Below are positions 38,231 through 51,051 of a stretch of DNA of 64,000 nucleotides, piece by piece. The position numbers and the translations under genes are program-made. The DNA comes from Tricharina praecox (Eukaryota). The first letter of the stretch is position 1, and each line of letters opens with the position of its first letter. The stretch is from the NCBI RefSeq assembly GCF_024521635.1, contig NW_026250415.1, positions 682,001 to 746,000 of the forward strand, read 5' to 3'. The notes below the pieces were generated by a model, which saw only the letters and a list, made by a program, of their open reading frames with translations, was not told where the DNA came from and ran no database searches.

Positions 38231-38903
38231 GGAAATATTTTACCCGTATGTAGACCAGCTTACTACTGTACTGGTATACATTGCTTGCCTCCCCTTGTTC
38301 CATACAGTTGACAATTGCTTGGATTGTGTGTGTATTCGTGTGAAGAAAATCTCGGAATCTCGGGCAAGATTATGCTGGTTGTTCGGCAGCGACGAATCAT
38401 GGGGGGTCTCCGATCCCCTCCGTTATGGCCGCATCACCGTCCATCACACTGGGCCGTCCTCCGGAGCATCGTGGCCAACATAGTATACTTGTCAATGCGG
38501 TCACTGCCTCGTGCTAGCTATCGGAATGCTGACAGGCAAGTATGACATCTGCCATGTACATACGATCAACAGTAGACAGGTATGTAGAAAGCATTACATT
38601 ACCGATGAACCGAAGTTCAAGTCCCCAGTCGGCAATGCCATTTCAAGGCTGCTGCGTGTGCCAGTTACGTCCTAATGCCACCAGTGTACTTACTTAGGTA
38701 CACTGTGTACCTGTACTCCGTCATCAGTCCTCTCCTCCACTGTACTGGCTACGCTCTTATCTGCTCTGTACCAGTTCCAGTACACTCTTCATTCCATCGG
38801 ACAGTCAGACAATCAGACTTCACTTTCCATTCCCCAATTTTACTTTTTTGACAACCACTACAACAACAACTACAACTACCACAGCTACAAAAGCTAGATC
38901 ACG

Positions 38904-39893
38904 ATGTAAGTCCTGCCACCCCCCCCCCCCCCCCCCCTGCATCCCCATCTGCTAATCACCCTTAGGCGTCTCCTCCAGCACGAAAACCCCACCTCTGCCG
39001 CCTCATACATATCGATGTACCTCAGCAGCCAGATCACTTTACACCGGGGGCCACAGCCGTTCATCCTCGGCCTGCTAGCCCACCATGCATCAGCCAGCAT
39101 CTCCGGCGTCCTTACCGCCCTGATCTCGCAGCACCAAGCGGGGCAGGTCTCATTCCGCAACGTTGTCGTCTTCGTCCTCGACTCCGACTCTGGCGCTGCT
39201 CAATCCTCGAACAAGCAAGGGGAGAAGCAGGGGTTCAACACGTACCTGCACGAGCGCTTCTTCCGCGTCGTCGACGTTGCGGCAGAGAATGTGCACTTCC
39301 CCGGCGAGGAGGGATGCCGCAAGCCGGGCGAGTACGAGCGGCTGATCCACAGCCTGGGCGGCGTGGACGTAATGCTGTGTGATGGGGGTGTGGGCGTGTG
39401 CGAGTCCGGGAGTGGGTCTGTCAAGGACGGGCTGGATGAGCCGAGGACGGGGGTTGTCGTGCCGCTCGCTGTGCCGATGCTGTTGGCAGATCGGCAGTAT
39501 CTCGAGGAGCAGCGGGCTGAGGCCGTGCCGGCGGGGATGGGGATGGCAACGGTGCTGCAGAGCAGGGAGCTCATCATTGCCACGGTCGGCGGGGAAATGG
39601 CCGCCGCCGTCAAGGACGCTATCGAGGGCCCGCGCGATAGCAGTAATCCGCTCGGTGTGCTGCTGCTGAAACATGGCAATGCGGTCCTGGTCGTTGATAA
39701 TGAGGCGGCCGCCGAGTTGAGTGCTAATACTCTCGAGGTACGTATACTATCCTCTCTGAGTTATGTTGGGTATGCGGATATGCTAACAGAACATAAGCAC
39801 TTCCTCCATGCAGAAGAGATCGACGAGAAGTTTTGGTACGCGGCCGCGGCTGTTGTGCCCTCTGCTGGATCGAAGGTGAAGGCAAAGCTCTGA
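38904..39893 (+). CDS. Divergent glucosamine-6-phosphate deaminase (NagB/GNPDA)-like protein, catalytic motifs degenerate, C-terminal PTS1-like AKL
   Basis: Start codon split AT|G by intron 38906-38965 (GTAAGT..GCTAAT..TAG); second intron 39738-39797 (GTACGT..GCTAAC..AAG). Product MRLLQHEN..PFILGL..SFRNVVVFVLD..FFRVVDV..YERLIHSLGGVD..ATVLQSRELII..AVKDAIEG..H.NAVLVVDNEAAAEL..TLEHF is colinear with fungal GNPDA over its full length. Confidence 0.85.
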
Positions 39894-40125
39894 GCTGAGC
39901 TCTGGGCTCATGCTTGCTGCACCTACCTATCAGGCTACCACGGGCAACTGGATTGTCGTCCTTTTTTAGGAATGTGCACACTACACGTGCACATGTACAA
40001 TTGATGATTGTCGTATTGGTTTTTGCTAGATTAATTATGGTCTTTATTGATGTTTGTCAAATGGATGGATGGGGATGATCGCAGGCGATGGTTAATGGTA
40101 CTCGATGGATTGGATTGGATGGATT

Positions 40126-40247
40126 GGATGGAGCGACGTGCAAATGGCGGATGATTATTGCTTGTATCATACTTTATGACTGACGGATGGAGAGACGTGG
40201 TGCGGATGGCGGATGATTATTGCTTGTACTATTACTTTATGACTGAC
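40126..40247. repeat. Imperfect ~60-bp tandem duplication
   Basis: ggatggag.gacgtg..atggcggatgattattgcttgta..tactttatgactgac occurs twice in tandem. Confidence 0.85.
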
Positions 40248-41873
40248 TGGAGATTACAATGCCCACGCTGGCACCTGGAATCAATCGGATTGACTTGACT
40301 TGACTTGATTCGATGGGGTTCCTGTGTCGACTGTCGAGTGATGTACTGTAAACGAGCTTCACTGGCAAGCACTCTAACAATGTCGAGGCACAAACACAAA
40401 CACACCAACGACTCGCTTTCACAGTGGTCCCGTCGAGCCCTGCCATATCGGTTCGATACGTGTGTTCACTTTTCACTCTCTGCTCTCCATGTACTACCTA
40501 CGGTAACGGTTGCACCTTTCTTCCGCGGTCGATCAGGTGCACACTGCACAGGATATCACCCAGTGCCTCCAGGTGATGCCGTGTCCGTGCGGCTACATAA
40601 GATCAAGAGCGTTCACATGACCGTCATGATCCCATAGGTAATGTCGAACGCGAAGATGATGAGACTTACCGAAACAGAAAAACACAAACAAAAACAAAAA
40701 CAAAAACAAAACAAAAAAAGGATCGAGGTCGTCGTCGGCCTTTGTGAGTTGAAACCTCCTCAGTGGAGTGGTCTGAGATGCCTGGTGGTCTTGGGACATG
40801 ACACTGACACTGTCACTGACACTGCAGCCGACGTGGGAGCCTCGCTTTGTGGTATGTACATACAATAAATATCGGGTCCGTCGTCGTCTGGACTCAGGAC
40901 CTTGGCTGCGTTAGAGTAGTTACTGCCCGCCCAGTGTCCAGACTCCAGTGTCCAGTGTCCGGGTTGTTGGAACTCGGATGTGCCGCGCGCTTAGTATTCT
41001 GGGATACCTTGTGTACCTACTTCTCAAGTAGCCGCCCTGGCCGCTTCGTGATGCCGCCGGGGCGTTTATAGCGTTTGATCTCTCGGGCTCAGGGGAGAAG
41101 AAACGATGACGGCCGGCACGCCGCTGAAAGCCTGAATGAGATGTCAACTGTTTCATGGTGTTTGAACCCTGTGGCACAGTGAATATCTACGGTAGCACTC
41201 CATGGCCGACCGAGCCTAATTCCGTTGCACGGTCGGTCGCCACCCCACTTTCAGTTTCGCCCCTCGCCCCTCCCACCGGCTCCGAGTCCGAGTCCGAATC
41301 CCACCCTATGCATGCGCATCGCACCAACCCACCAACCCACCAACCCACCAACCAGCCGGCGCGCCCCTCTCTCGCCTCGTCCCACAGCCCCACCACCCAA
41401 CCAACCAACCAACCAACCAACGAACCAACCACGTCAACGCACCTGCCATCGAAGCTGATCGATCGCCATCACATCGCTATCACAAGCACGCCCACGCCCA
41501 CGCCCACGCCCACGCCCCCAACCCCTGCGCCGCCGGTTTTTCGCAAGTCATATGTATGATATGTACGAAAGAGCGATAAAGTGAAGTGCAGCATGATGCA
41601 ACCCCATCTAAACCGCCAGCGCCTGGACTGCAGCAGCAGCAGATAATAGTGGTATATAGCAGTAGTATGATAGCAGACAGCGCCTCGTAGAAAAGTGCCC
41701 CTCCTCCCACTATCGTAGCACGTATCTACCCCTCACCCACCTCACCCACCTCACCTCCTTACATCCCACCGCCACCACCACAGCAGCAGCAGCACCACAG
41801 CAGCACCACAGCACAGCACAACAGCACAACAGCACAACAGCACACAGCACAACAGCACAACCCCCCACGCACC

Positions 41874-43427
41874 ATGGCGACGCCCGACGAGTACTACGCG
41901 CAGCTGGCGCTACAAAAAAAAGCCGAAGCAGCCTCCACGCAGCCGTACCAGGCAGCGGCGGGGGGGATCTACTCTCCACCAGGCGGAGCATCAATCTCGT
42001 CGCCGATCTGCCCGCCGCAGCAGCCCGGCGGCGGACCGGACGGCTACGCAGCTTCGCCGCCGATCTCGATTTCGTCGCCGGTTTTTAAGCCGCAGCATAC
42101 ACACGAGTCCGCGCACGAGTCCGCGCGCTACGGCTCGCCGCCGGGAGTGGGATACGGCTCGCCGCCGAGCGTGGGCTATGCGCAGTCGCCGCCTGTATAC
42201 CATGTGCAGCAGCAGGTGCCCGATGAGGTAGCTACTTAGCCTTAACTACCCGCGCGTGCTGGTGCGTTGTGTTGTGCGGAGCTGATGTATGTGTGTGTGC
42301 AGTATGTACAGCAAGGCGGCGGCCATGTAGTCGCCTTCTCCGGCCCGGGTCCGAGCGCGCATATGGGCCCCGAGCCAAGCTATCTGGGCTCCGAGTACAG
42401 CTATGCGGGCGCGGGACCTTACACGCCGTCGACCAGCAGCGATGCGGGCGGCGATCTCGAGAGATACTCAAGGGGTGATCGGAAGGAGAGACGCATGAGT
42501 CACCGCGAGGAGAGATCCTCGGGCCACCGTGAGGAGAGGTACTCTCGCGAGGACAAGTATTCGAAAAAGGAGCGTGCCATGAGTGCCTCTATGGTGGGCG
42601 GTACTACGGGCGCGCTGTTGGGACATCAGGTTGGCCACGGAGTGGTGGGCGCGATTGCCGGTGCGCTGGTTGCGAATGCTACCGAGGTCGGGGTGGAGAA
42701 GATCAAGAAGAACAAAAAGAAAAAGTCCGGGGAGGAGAAATACAAAGACGGGGAGAAGAAGGATAAGGACCGCAAGAAGAAGAAGAGCAAGCATAGGAGC
42801 GAACGCAGCGAACGCAGCGAACGAAGCGAACGAAGCGAACGAAGCGAACGAAGCGAACGAAGCGAACATAAGCGCGAGCATCGCAGGCACAAGAGCGTCA
42901 AGGACTACCCCGAGTTCAGCGGGAGCGACAGCGAGCGCGAGGAACGGAAGGTCCGTAGGAGGAGGAGAAAGGAGCGGAGTGAGAAGAGCGACAAGAGTGA
43001 GAGGAGTGAGAGGAGTGAGAGGAGTGAGAGGAAGGAGAGGAGAGAGAGGAGGGAGAGGAGAGAGAAGAGAGAGAAGGAGGACAAGGAGGAAGAGAAGAGC
43101 GGTGGTATGAGTGGCCTGTGGAAGCACGGATACTCGACTGGCGGCGGGAGCACGTTCAGTTCCTTGCGCCAGAGCAATCATGGCGTAATCGACCAAGACG
43201 GGCCAGTCGAGGTTCGGCTGCGACACAGACAGCATCGCGATGGACACAAGCACCGACACAAGAGCGATAAGGGCCACAAGAAGAAGAAGAAGAGTAGTAG
43301 CTCGAGCAGCTCCAGTTCGTCGTCAAGCTCGAGCTCGAGCAGCTCATCGTCCAGTTCATCGTCCAGTTCATCGTCCAGCTCGAGCGACTCGGATTCGGAT
43401 TCGGAAGGCAGCTCGGGTTCGTTCTAG
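41874..43427 (+). CDS. Low-complexity protein with a glycine-zipper motif, Lys/Arg/Glu-rich (SER)n repeats and poly-Ser tail
   Basis: Exons 41874-42227 and 42303-43427 (intron GTAGCT..GCTGAT..CAG, phase 0). ASMVGGTTGALLGHQVGHGVVGAIAGALVANA is a GxxxG/A glycine zipper; N-terminus Y/S/P/G-rich; ATG context gcaccATGg. Confidence 0.75.
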
Positions 43428-44298
43428 ACACTCGCATGGTGACGAGTTTCCCTTGTACCGTAGCTAGCAATTTCATTTGTTTTCCGTTTTGCTGTCAAGC
43501 GAGATACCTGTGCGTATGAATGATAATTAGCGATAATGGACTCCTTTAACTATCCTTCGGAGTAAACCCACTCATGTTTCCCACAGCCTCTGTACCCGCT
43601 CAACAACTCCATCGCTTACAATGACTCGTCAGCAGCTTAACATAACTCACAAACATCCACAAATGGCCTCTCTCAAGCGAAAGTCATACATGTATCCTCT
43701 CATCCGGCAAAGAAATCTACCACAAGAACATGCCGGCGAGGGCCGAGATGGGTACCTAGTGGGAACATATCTCGTCGGTCGTCGGTCGTATGCAGCATAA
43801 GTAGAGTAGATTACTATGAGAGCTGTCATTATCGCCGTAAGAATGGAGCTTTTCGTGACGTCTATCTCCGGATCTAGTGTCGGTAAATAATATGTACAGT
43901 TTGCCTGTGAAAGCGGACCACGGATAAGGGTATTCACCACTCGATGAAACCATGATCCGGGACACCTAGCACTCGTCCATCCATTCGTTCCGTAGATCGA
44001 GGTGAACCCGAGCGAGCGACCGACTGAAAGCAAACCTGCCCGCGGGATTAAAAATCACAGATTTTCCAATCCCATTCCATTACACACATACAGGGTGGTA
44101 AGTCCACTGGATGTTGGTTTACCGGTATCTTATTCTCCCCCCGTCTGGCTGGCCCTCTCGCTCGGGAGTCGGTATCCTGAACTTCGTCGTCGAGGTTCCA
44201 AGGCTTCAAGGCTCCGAGCTGGCTCGTCCTTGGAATAATTGTACTGAAAGTCTGAAAACCTTCATCCTAGGCCTAAGCTCGTTCAAACTTCAGCCTTC

Positions 44299-44480
44299 GA
44301 ACTCTCTCGTCCAATTTTCCAGTATTCCTATTAGACACCCGGGAAGCGGGCGTAGCGGAACCCTAAGCATCCGAAGTATCCTTTCGTCCTGCGCTCGTTC
44401 GAACTCTCTCGTCTAGATTTCCAGTTTCCATTTTCCCATTAGACTCCCGCGTAGGTAGCGGAACCTTAAGCATCCGAAGC
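44299..44480. repeat. Imperfect ~100-bp tandem repeat
   Basis: gaactctctcgtc..tttccagt..attagac.ccc..gtagcggaacc.taagcatccgaag present at 44299 and 44401. Confidence 0.8.
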
Positions 44481-45728
44481 AGCGTTGTCTTCTCGCGGTC
44501 GTCCTCGACTCCTCGCCAGTGAAGCTCGCGAGTCGCAACCGTGCTATGTAGCAGGATAGCAGTGGGACAGTACCGGTACCGGTACTCTATGTACACGGGT
44601 GTAAGGGTAAGTGGTGCACCTCCTTAGGCGTCATTTCACGGTGGTGGTGGTGGTGCATCACTTTCCCTCACATCCGAGTACATGGCGATCGGGAAACCAG
44701 TGGGTGGGAACTGAGAGGGTGGGTGATGTTGAGCTGCATGGTCCGGTCCTGGAGGGAACGAGATGTAGTAGATGAGACTTTGTTCGCTCTCTCGGCTTCA
44801 ATCCGCAGCTTTCCTGCGTTGTGGGCGTCGCGAATGGGTAGAGTACATTGCTGGACCTTCGTGTCTTGTCGTGCTGTGCCGTTTTGTGCCATGTTGTGCC
44901 ATGTTGTGCTGTGCCCTGCCGTGCCATGCCGCGCCGTGGCCGTTTGGGATGTAGCGGAGACAGAGCAGCGAAACAGCAGTGGACGCACTGGAGAAGGCAC
45001 TGGAGGCACTGAACGCACTGAAGGGGCCAGGCCAGCCTTCTTTCTACATACTCTTTCCACATACATACAAAAAGCACCGGGCTGCGCCCTACCTCCGCCG
45101 CACGCCTTACACCCCACCCAGTGCACCCGCCATCAGTCGCGGCCGGCCGGCACTTTTCCACCGTCACCTCATGTAAGCTTAACCAGGCAGCATGCAGTCA
45201 TGCGTGCAGCGACGGCAACAGTACAGAAACAGTGCTCGTCCACACAAACACATGAACACAGCAGCGATACTGTAGCCGGCGGCAGAGTAGGAGTACCCTA
45301 TCTAGATTCTAGAGTATTTACTGTATCTCCAGTATCTACACAGAGGCTAGATAGAGCACCTTTGGCCACGATACCGATGAGATCACCCAGCATGCACGAC
45401 TCACGACTCACGAGATTCATCCTGCGCAAACTGTTTTTTGTTGTTGCGTGTGGTGGTTACGCACACACACCAGTACTCTAAACGTTGTGGCGACGGAAAC
45501 CAGCAGGTAATTTTTCCACCGAGCCACCGAGCCACCGACAGGCTGCCTAGAGTAACTAGCGCAACCCCAGAGCTTCTAGAAGGATTCGCTCCCCCCTCCC
45601 CCCTCCTCCCCCGCTACGGCGTGACGAAGTGGCGTCGGACGGTATGTAGGATAGCGCATGCAACGGTGCAACGCTGGGTGCAAACGGTTGCGGGAGTTTT
45701 CGTCCAGTGTTGCAGTGTTGCAGTGTTC

Positions 45729-45808
45729 CAGCGTCCACAGCGTCCACAGCGTCCACAGCGTCCACAGCGTCCACAGCGTCCACAGCGTCCACAGCGTCCA
45801 CAGCGTCC
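45729..45808. repeat. (CAGCGTCCA)n 9-bp tandem repeat, ~9 copies
   Basis: Direct inspection. Confidence 0.95.
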
Positions 45809-47655
45809 CCCGTGACTTCATCGTCAAGTACGGTCGTGCATGGCGCGGTGGGTTGTCGCGGTGGGTTGTCGCGGTGGGTTGTCGCAGTGGGTTGACGCCG
45901 AGAAGCTGAGCGTGCGCCGAATGAGATGAGCCTGCGGGGTAGCTACCTGCCTGTCCACCTGCCCACCGTAACTAGAGGAGAGCTCGAGCTCGAGCTCCGT
46001 AGGCCTACATGCCTGCCTACGTGTTGCGGGGAAGAGCTCGGGGGAGGTAGAGAGAGGGAGAGAGTGATTTCGTTTGCATGGCATGGCGTATGTAGGGTAG
46101 GGAGGGTGATGTTCATTGGAGCTCCTGCTGCTACTCCTGCTGCTGCTGCTGCTGCTGCTGATTCTGATACTCCCTCGCAATTCGATGAGGTCCGAGGACG
46201 AGGGCGAGGTCGAGGGCGAGGGCGAGGGCGAGGTCGAGGGCGAGGGTGAATGGACAGCATGGTGATCACCAGGTACTCTGCGTACTCTGCGTATGTACGG
46301 TATGTATAGTACTCTGGATCCTCTGCAGGCCGCAGTTAGTTATCATACATACCTCATACGTGCCTCATACGTAGATTCGCGAAGTCGCGCAAAGGATTGG
46401 ATAGCCACTCTGAGCTCCAGTTCCTATGCCGATACCGGTATCTACCGTAGACAGCTCAATTCGACGATAACTATCATACGAGCTACTAGCTACGGTAGAC
46501 AACCACCATCAGACCCAGCGGTCGAACGGAGGGGGGCGTTACGATGAGGATAACTGGTTTCCTCCTCTTGAATATTGACCAACGTAATCATTGTGAACTT
46601 GCAAGGTGCAACCGCGGACTAGGCACGCTACCTACCGGTTGCCACAAGCCCCGAACGTATCTCGAACATGCCATGACGCTCGTACGTATCATACCGTACA
46701 TAACGACAAAGGCGCCTGGCTGGCTTGGTTTTCACAACCACGATCATTGATGGTCTCTAACTACTAGTGCGTAGTATGTACGTCCAAGGTCTTCCATCTT
46801 TCTTTCCGCTGGATTCCAACGCGCCTGGCACAGCACATGATTCGTTCTGTGGCACATCGTTCTGTGCCCCACCCCGTCGTGGACTCGTGGCAATTCATCC
46901 CATAGCGATTCGAATTTCATCCCAGACCGTAGGTATCTAGCGAGTGAGAGGGGGACGTACCAAACTACCGACGAAAACTGATTTCACCGAGCTCGGTGCG
47001 AGAACATCAAAGCCGACACCTACATACCAAACGGCTGAGTCCAGGCTCAGTTCCAAACCTATCTACTCTGCTTGGATATTTGGATAGACGTGTCCACATG
47101 TACCGTATATACTCCCCGAGTTCCCGGGAGTACTATATCCACCCTAATATGCACTGTGCATACCCCAGATTCACCCTCAGATCCAGCGGTACCCACCCCT
47201 AGGTCAAGTATTGTACAAATTTCCACCCGCCGTTCCGGGGATGTTTCAAGTATGATACATAGAGTACAGATGCCTTCATGCATCCATACTTTATACGTTC
47301 TTTGTGCATAATTTATACATGTGTCAGACAGCTCGCATCTCGCATCTCGCGGTAATTGCTATGTAGGAAAAGAATATTGAGATATCAAGATCTCGGCCCA
47401 ACCTCTCCGGCGGCGGCGGCGAAGGAGCAGTTCCGCCTAGTCCAGTTACGCCCGGTGCGGTCGGGACAGAGTCGCTTCGATTCATGTAGTATTGACTTCC
47501 CGCACTCCCCCTTAGCTCCTACATATCCTTCCTCCCGCTCCTCCCTCCCTCGCGGGCCCCGGATTACGGACAGACGGGACGGAAGGTTCGCTTCCAATCA
47601 CGATAAGAGTGGTCGCCTCTAGTAGGTATATTGCGCGTCGGATACCTTTGCCGTA

Positions 47656-47880
47656 AAGCTTGAGCTTGAGCTTGAGCTTGAGCTTGAACTCGAGCTCGAG
47701 CTTCAACTTGAACCCAAACTTGAGCTTGAGCTCGAGCTTAAGCCTGAACTCGAACTTGAGCTTCAACTTGAACCCAAACTTGAGCTTGAGCTTGAACTTG
47801 ACCCCAACCTCGAGTTTGAGCTTGAACTTGACCCCAACCTCGAGTTTGAGCTTAAACTTAATACTCGAACTCGAACCCAA
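47656..47880. repeat. Degenerate hexamer array derived from (CTCGAG)n with 30/60-bp higher-order units
   Basis: Units CTCGAG, CTTGAG, CTTGAA, CTCGAA, CTTAAG etc.; 47701-47732 equals 47761-47792; 47791-47820 equals 47821-47850. Confidence 0.85.
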
Positions 47881-50800
47881 AGCACCGTACCCGCGCGTGA
47901 AAACACTTCCTGAACCTACATTATGGTTCTGCTTACTCAACCCATCTCTGATTGCGAGGAGCACCTGTCCGGGAACTCCCCCGTAGTTGCATAACTTGTA
48001 ATAAATGCATGAATTGCAACTTGCAAGGCCCTCCTTCCCTTCCCTTCTCTTCCAGCGCAAGGGAATGGCCAGTCAGCAGTGACTGCCTACACCTTCTCCC
48101 GGCCCCAGCCCAGCCCATTGGCTTCTACTCTACTCTAAGCTTCCACCAACCAACGAATCCGTAGGTTCGTTGTGGCGGATTTGCGAATAGGGGTAGAATG
48201 CTTGGCCGAATCACATGCTGCGCCCATGATCCAGTCCGCATCACAACCGACCAGCCACCGTTTCCCTTTCCCTTTTCCCTTCGCATGTAGTCCATACCTA
48301 TTGCTTACAGCTTACTGCTTAAAATTACCTCCAGAGTACCTAGCATGTAGGGCTTATCAAAGTGAAGTGACCCCCTTATCCTCCGCAGTTTCCTGTCACC
48401 CTATGATGATGTATGTACCGTAGAGTACAAACAGACTCAGCTCTAGCCACTTGGGGCTGTGGCAGCTCTAGCCGCTACCTAGTAGTGCAAACTGGAATCT
48501 GGGGAGGCGCTACGAGTGGCGGATACGATTTTGCGGGGGAGGGGTCGCGATACTCTAGAGTAGGTAGAGGGGAAGTCAAAGTTTCGCGATATCGGCCCGA
48601 GCTCGAGCTCGAAGGAAAGGAAGGGGAAAAAAAGTGAAAATATCGCGACCGTGTGCAGAGTCCAGGCACGAGTACTCTATCTATCCACTCTACGCCCCTT
48701 TACTTTCGCGTCGCCGAGGGTATGTAGGGGCGAGGAACAGGGTGGTGGGGTAGGGGATAAAGCTGAGTGGCCACGGGCGTGTGCAAAGTAGAGTACCTGC
48801 GGTAACAACGGACTCGTCGACGAAAGGGGAGGTGGGTGGGGCGGTGGGCGTGCAGTTGGGTGTGTAGCACGATCTTGCCAAAATCCCCATCCACCATCCA
48901 GCATCGTTTAGACTTCCCGGAAGCAAGCACGCGCAACGCAACATCATAACCGATCTCGTAGGTGCTTGCGGAGTTCCTGCACCCAGAATATTCGCGTCGG
49001 GCAGCAGGAAAAGTCGACGAGGCATTGCTGGACGAGAAGCGGATGAAGAGAGCGGTGATCGGGAGGATGGTTTACATCTACCCGGAGCGTGGAGCTCACG
49101 ACCGGATGGCAGGCTGCGAGGGGGCGGGGGGGGATTTCTCCTGATTCAGGGAGCAGGGAGAGTCTGCTTACAGGGCAGCGAATGGGAAATTTCCACCGGA
49201 CGGCGGATCGGTTGGCGTTCGTGTTCGAGAAGCCGGAAGGGGTTCTAAGTTGTGTGGGAGGGTGTGGGACTGTGGGTGTGGGTGTGGGTGTGGGTTGTGG
49301 GTGTGGTGACGACGGCTATTTCGGGCGATGCAGGAAGGAAGGAGAAGGCAAGAAGGAAGGAAGGAAGTTCTGCGTAGCATAGAGTCGAGTGCCGTAGCTG
49401 CTGGCCGTACCGAACTCCAGTTGTTGGGAGGAAGCTGATTCGAAATCGATGCAATCCCTGCATAAGGGCTGCAGACGGACGGAGGAAGCATCCACGGCGC
49501 GCGACGAACGGGTGTGAGAAGGAGACTGACAAATTGTCAGCCGAAAGACAGGCGGGGGGGAGAGCGGGAGGGAGGGAGGAAGGAAGGGAGAAAGGAAGGG
49601 AAAAGTGCGAGTCTTTGTTCCTTTGGCCGAAGAGGAGCTAGAAGTGCCTCAGCTGTGTTTGGGTTGCGATTGTGGGTTGTGGGGGACACGGCGAGGCGGG
49701 CGGCAGGCGGGGTCGGTTGATAGAGTTACCACAGTAGTCACTAGAGCAGTGGGCCGAGCAGCTGTGAGGGAGATAACGATTGTGGGCGGGATGGCTATGA
49801 TGGGCTGGCAAGCGGAGGCAGCTTCTGGGTTGAAATCCTGTTAGTTGCTGGTGCTGGTGCTGGTGCGGGTGCTGCTGGTGCTGGTCAGAAACGGCGGTCA
49901 AAGCGAGCCCGGGGGCGGCGAGGTGGGGGAGAGGAGAGAGGAGAGGATGAGGATTATTGTCGACTCAACCAGCGAGTAACCAGCAAGCAACCAGTGCAGG
50001 CTCGAACAGCACAGCACAGCACAGCACAACACAGCACAGCACAGCACACTGAGCACTTGCGCGGGACTGGCCGCACGCATAGCCTTCCAGCCGCCAACCA
50101 GCAGCGAGTGCAGAAATCAGAGGCGGTGATGTTATGGTTGCAATAGGGGTCCTATTTGCTTTCTTTTGCTTCGCTGAACGGCCTCTTGCCCTGTGGCCTC
50201 TACTGTGGTGGTGATGGCCGCTGCGCTGATTCGCTGATATGCTCAACGCTCAACGCTGATACGCTGATATGATTTGTTGAAGCCGGCAAAAGGCTGTGTT
50301 GCGTGTATGGAGCAGGTAAGGAATTTAGCGCCTATAGAAAAAGAAATCCTTGTATTATTATCGTGTCGGAGGGTGTGTGGCCTGCGTTCCAGGGACCCGT
50401 GAGATCAGTGTGCCGGGCGAAGGAAAAAAAATCCGCATGCTGGTTGAGAGGCAACAGGCAGAAGGCAAAAAAAAAAAAAAAAAAGTGGTGGTGGTGGTGA
50501 TGGTGGTGGCACAACTCATAACAAAAAAAAAAGTTGGAGAGTTCTGGGCTGAGACTGGGAGAGGACAGACAGACAGAGAGAAGCCAGAAGTCAGAAAGAA
50601 CTTCGCCCCCCCCCTCAAAAGCAGAAAGAAGACTTCACTTAAAAGACACTTTCATCCCCCCCCTTCCCATCCGGATCGTCTTCTCCTCTTCCTCTCTCAT
50701 ACTCCTCCCACAACAAACCCCCTCCTCCTTCCACTCTTTCCTTCTCCCTCCCCCTCCCCTACGCAAACTTCACAACCTCTATAGATTTCCTTTTTACGGT

Positions 50801-51051
50801 TTCTATAGAATCCACCAGAAGCACGAATAGACGCTTCTTCACGAAAAACGAACCCCACCGAGAACGCTTCTGTCCATCAGCAGCGCTAGTCGACCCGGTC
50901 CCCTCCTGCTTCGGCCGACTTGAAAATTTCTCTCACTAGACTGCTTTTTCGAAGTCTGCCTATCTAATACCACCCCGCCGACCCCTCGTCTTCCTTTCTC
51001 TATATAGACCCGGTTTAGATCTCGTTTTTTCTTCCGATTTCACACTTCGAA

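Noticed and set aside
44355-44370. AACCCTAA as a telomerase RNA template or telomeric seed
   Set aside because: Single short match inside a degenerate tandem repeat whose second copy reads AACCTTAA; no supporting structure seen.
47512-48060. ORFs with (KL)n or (SL)n repeats
   Set aside because: Translations of the degenerate hexamer satellite, not credible proteins.
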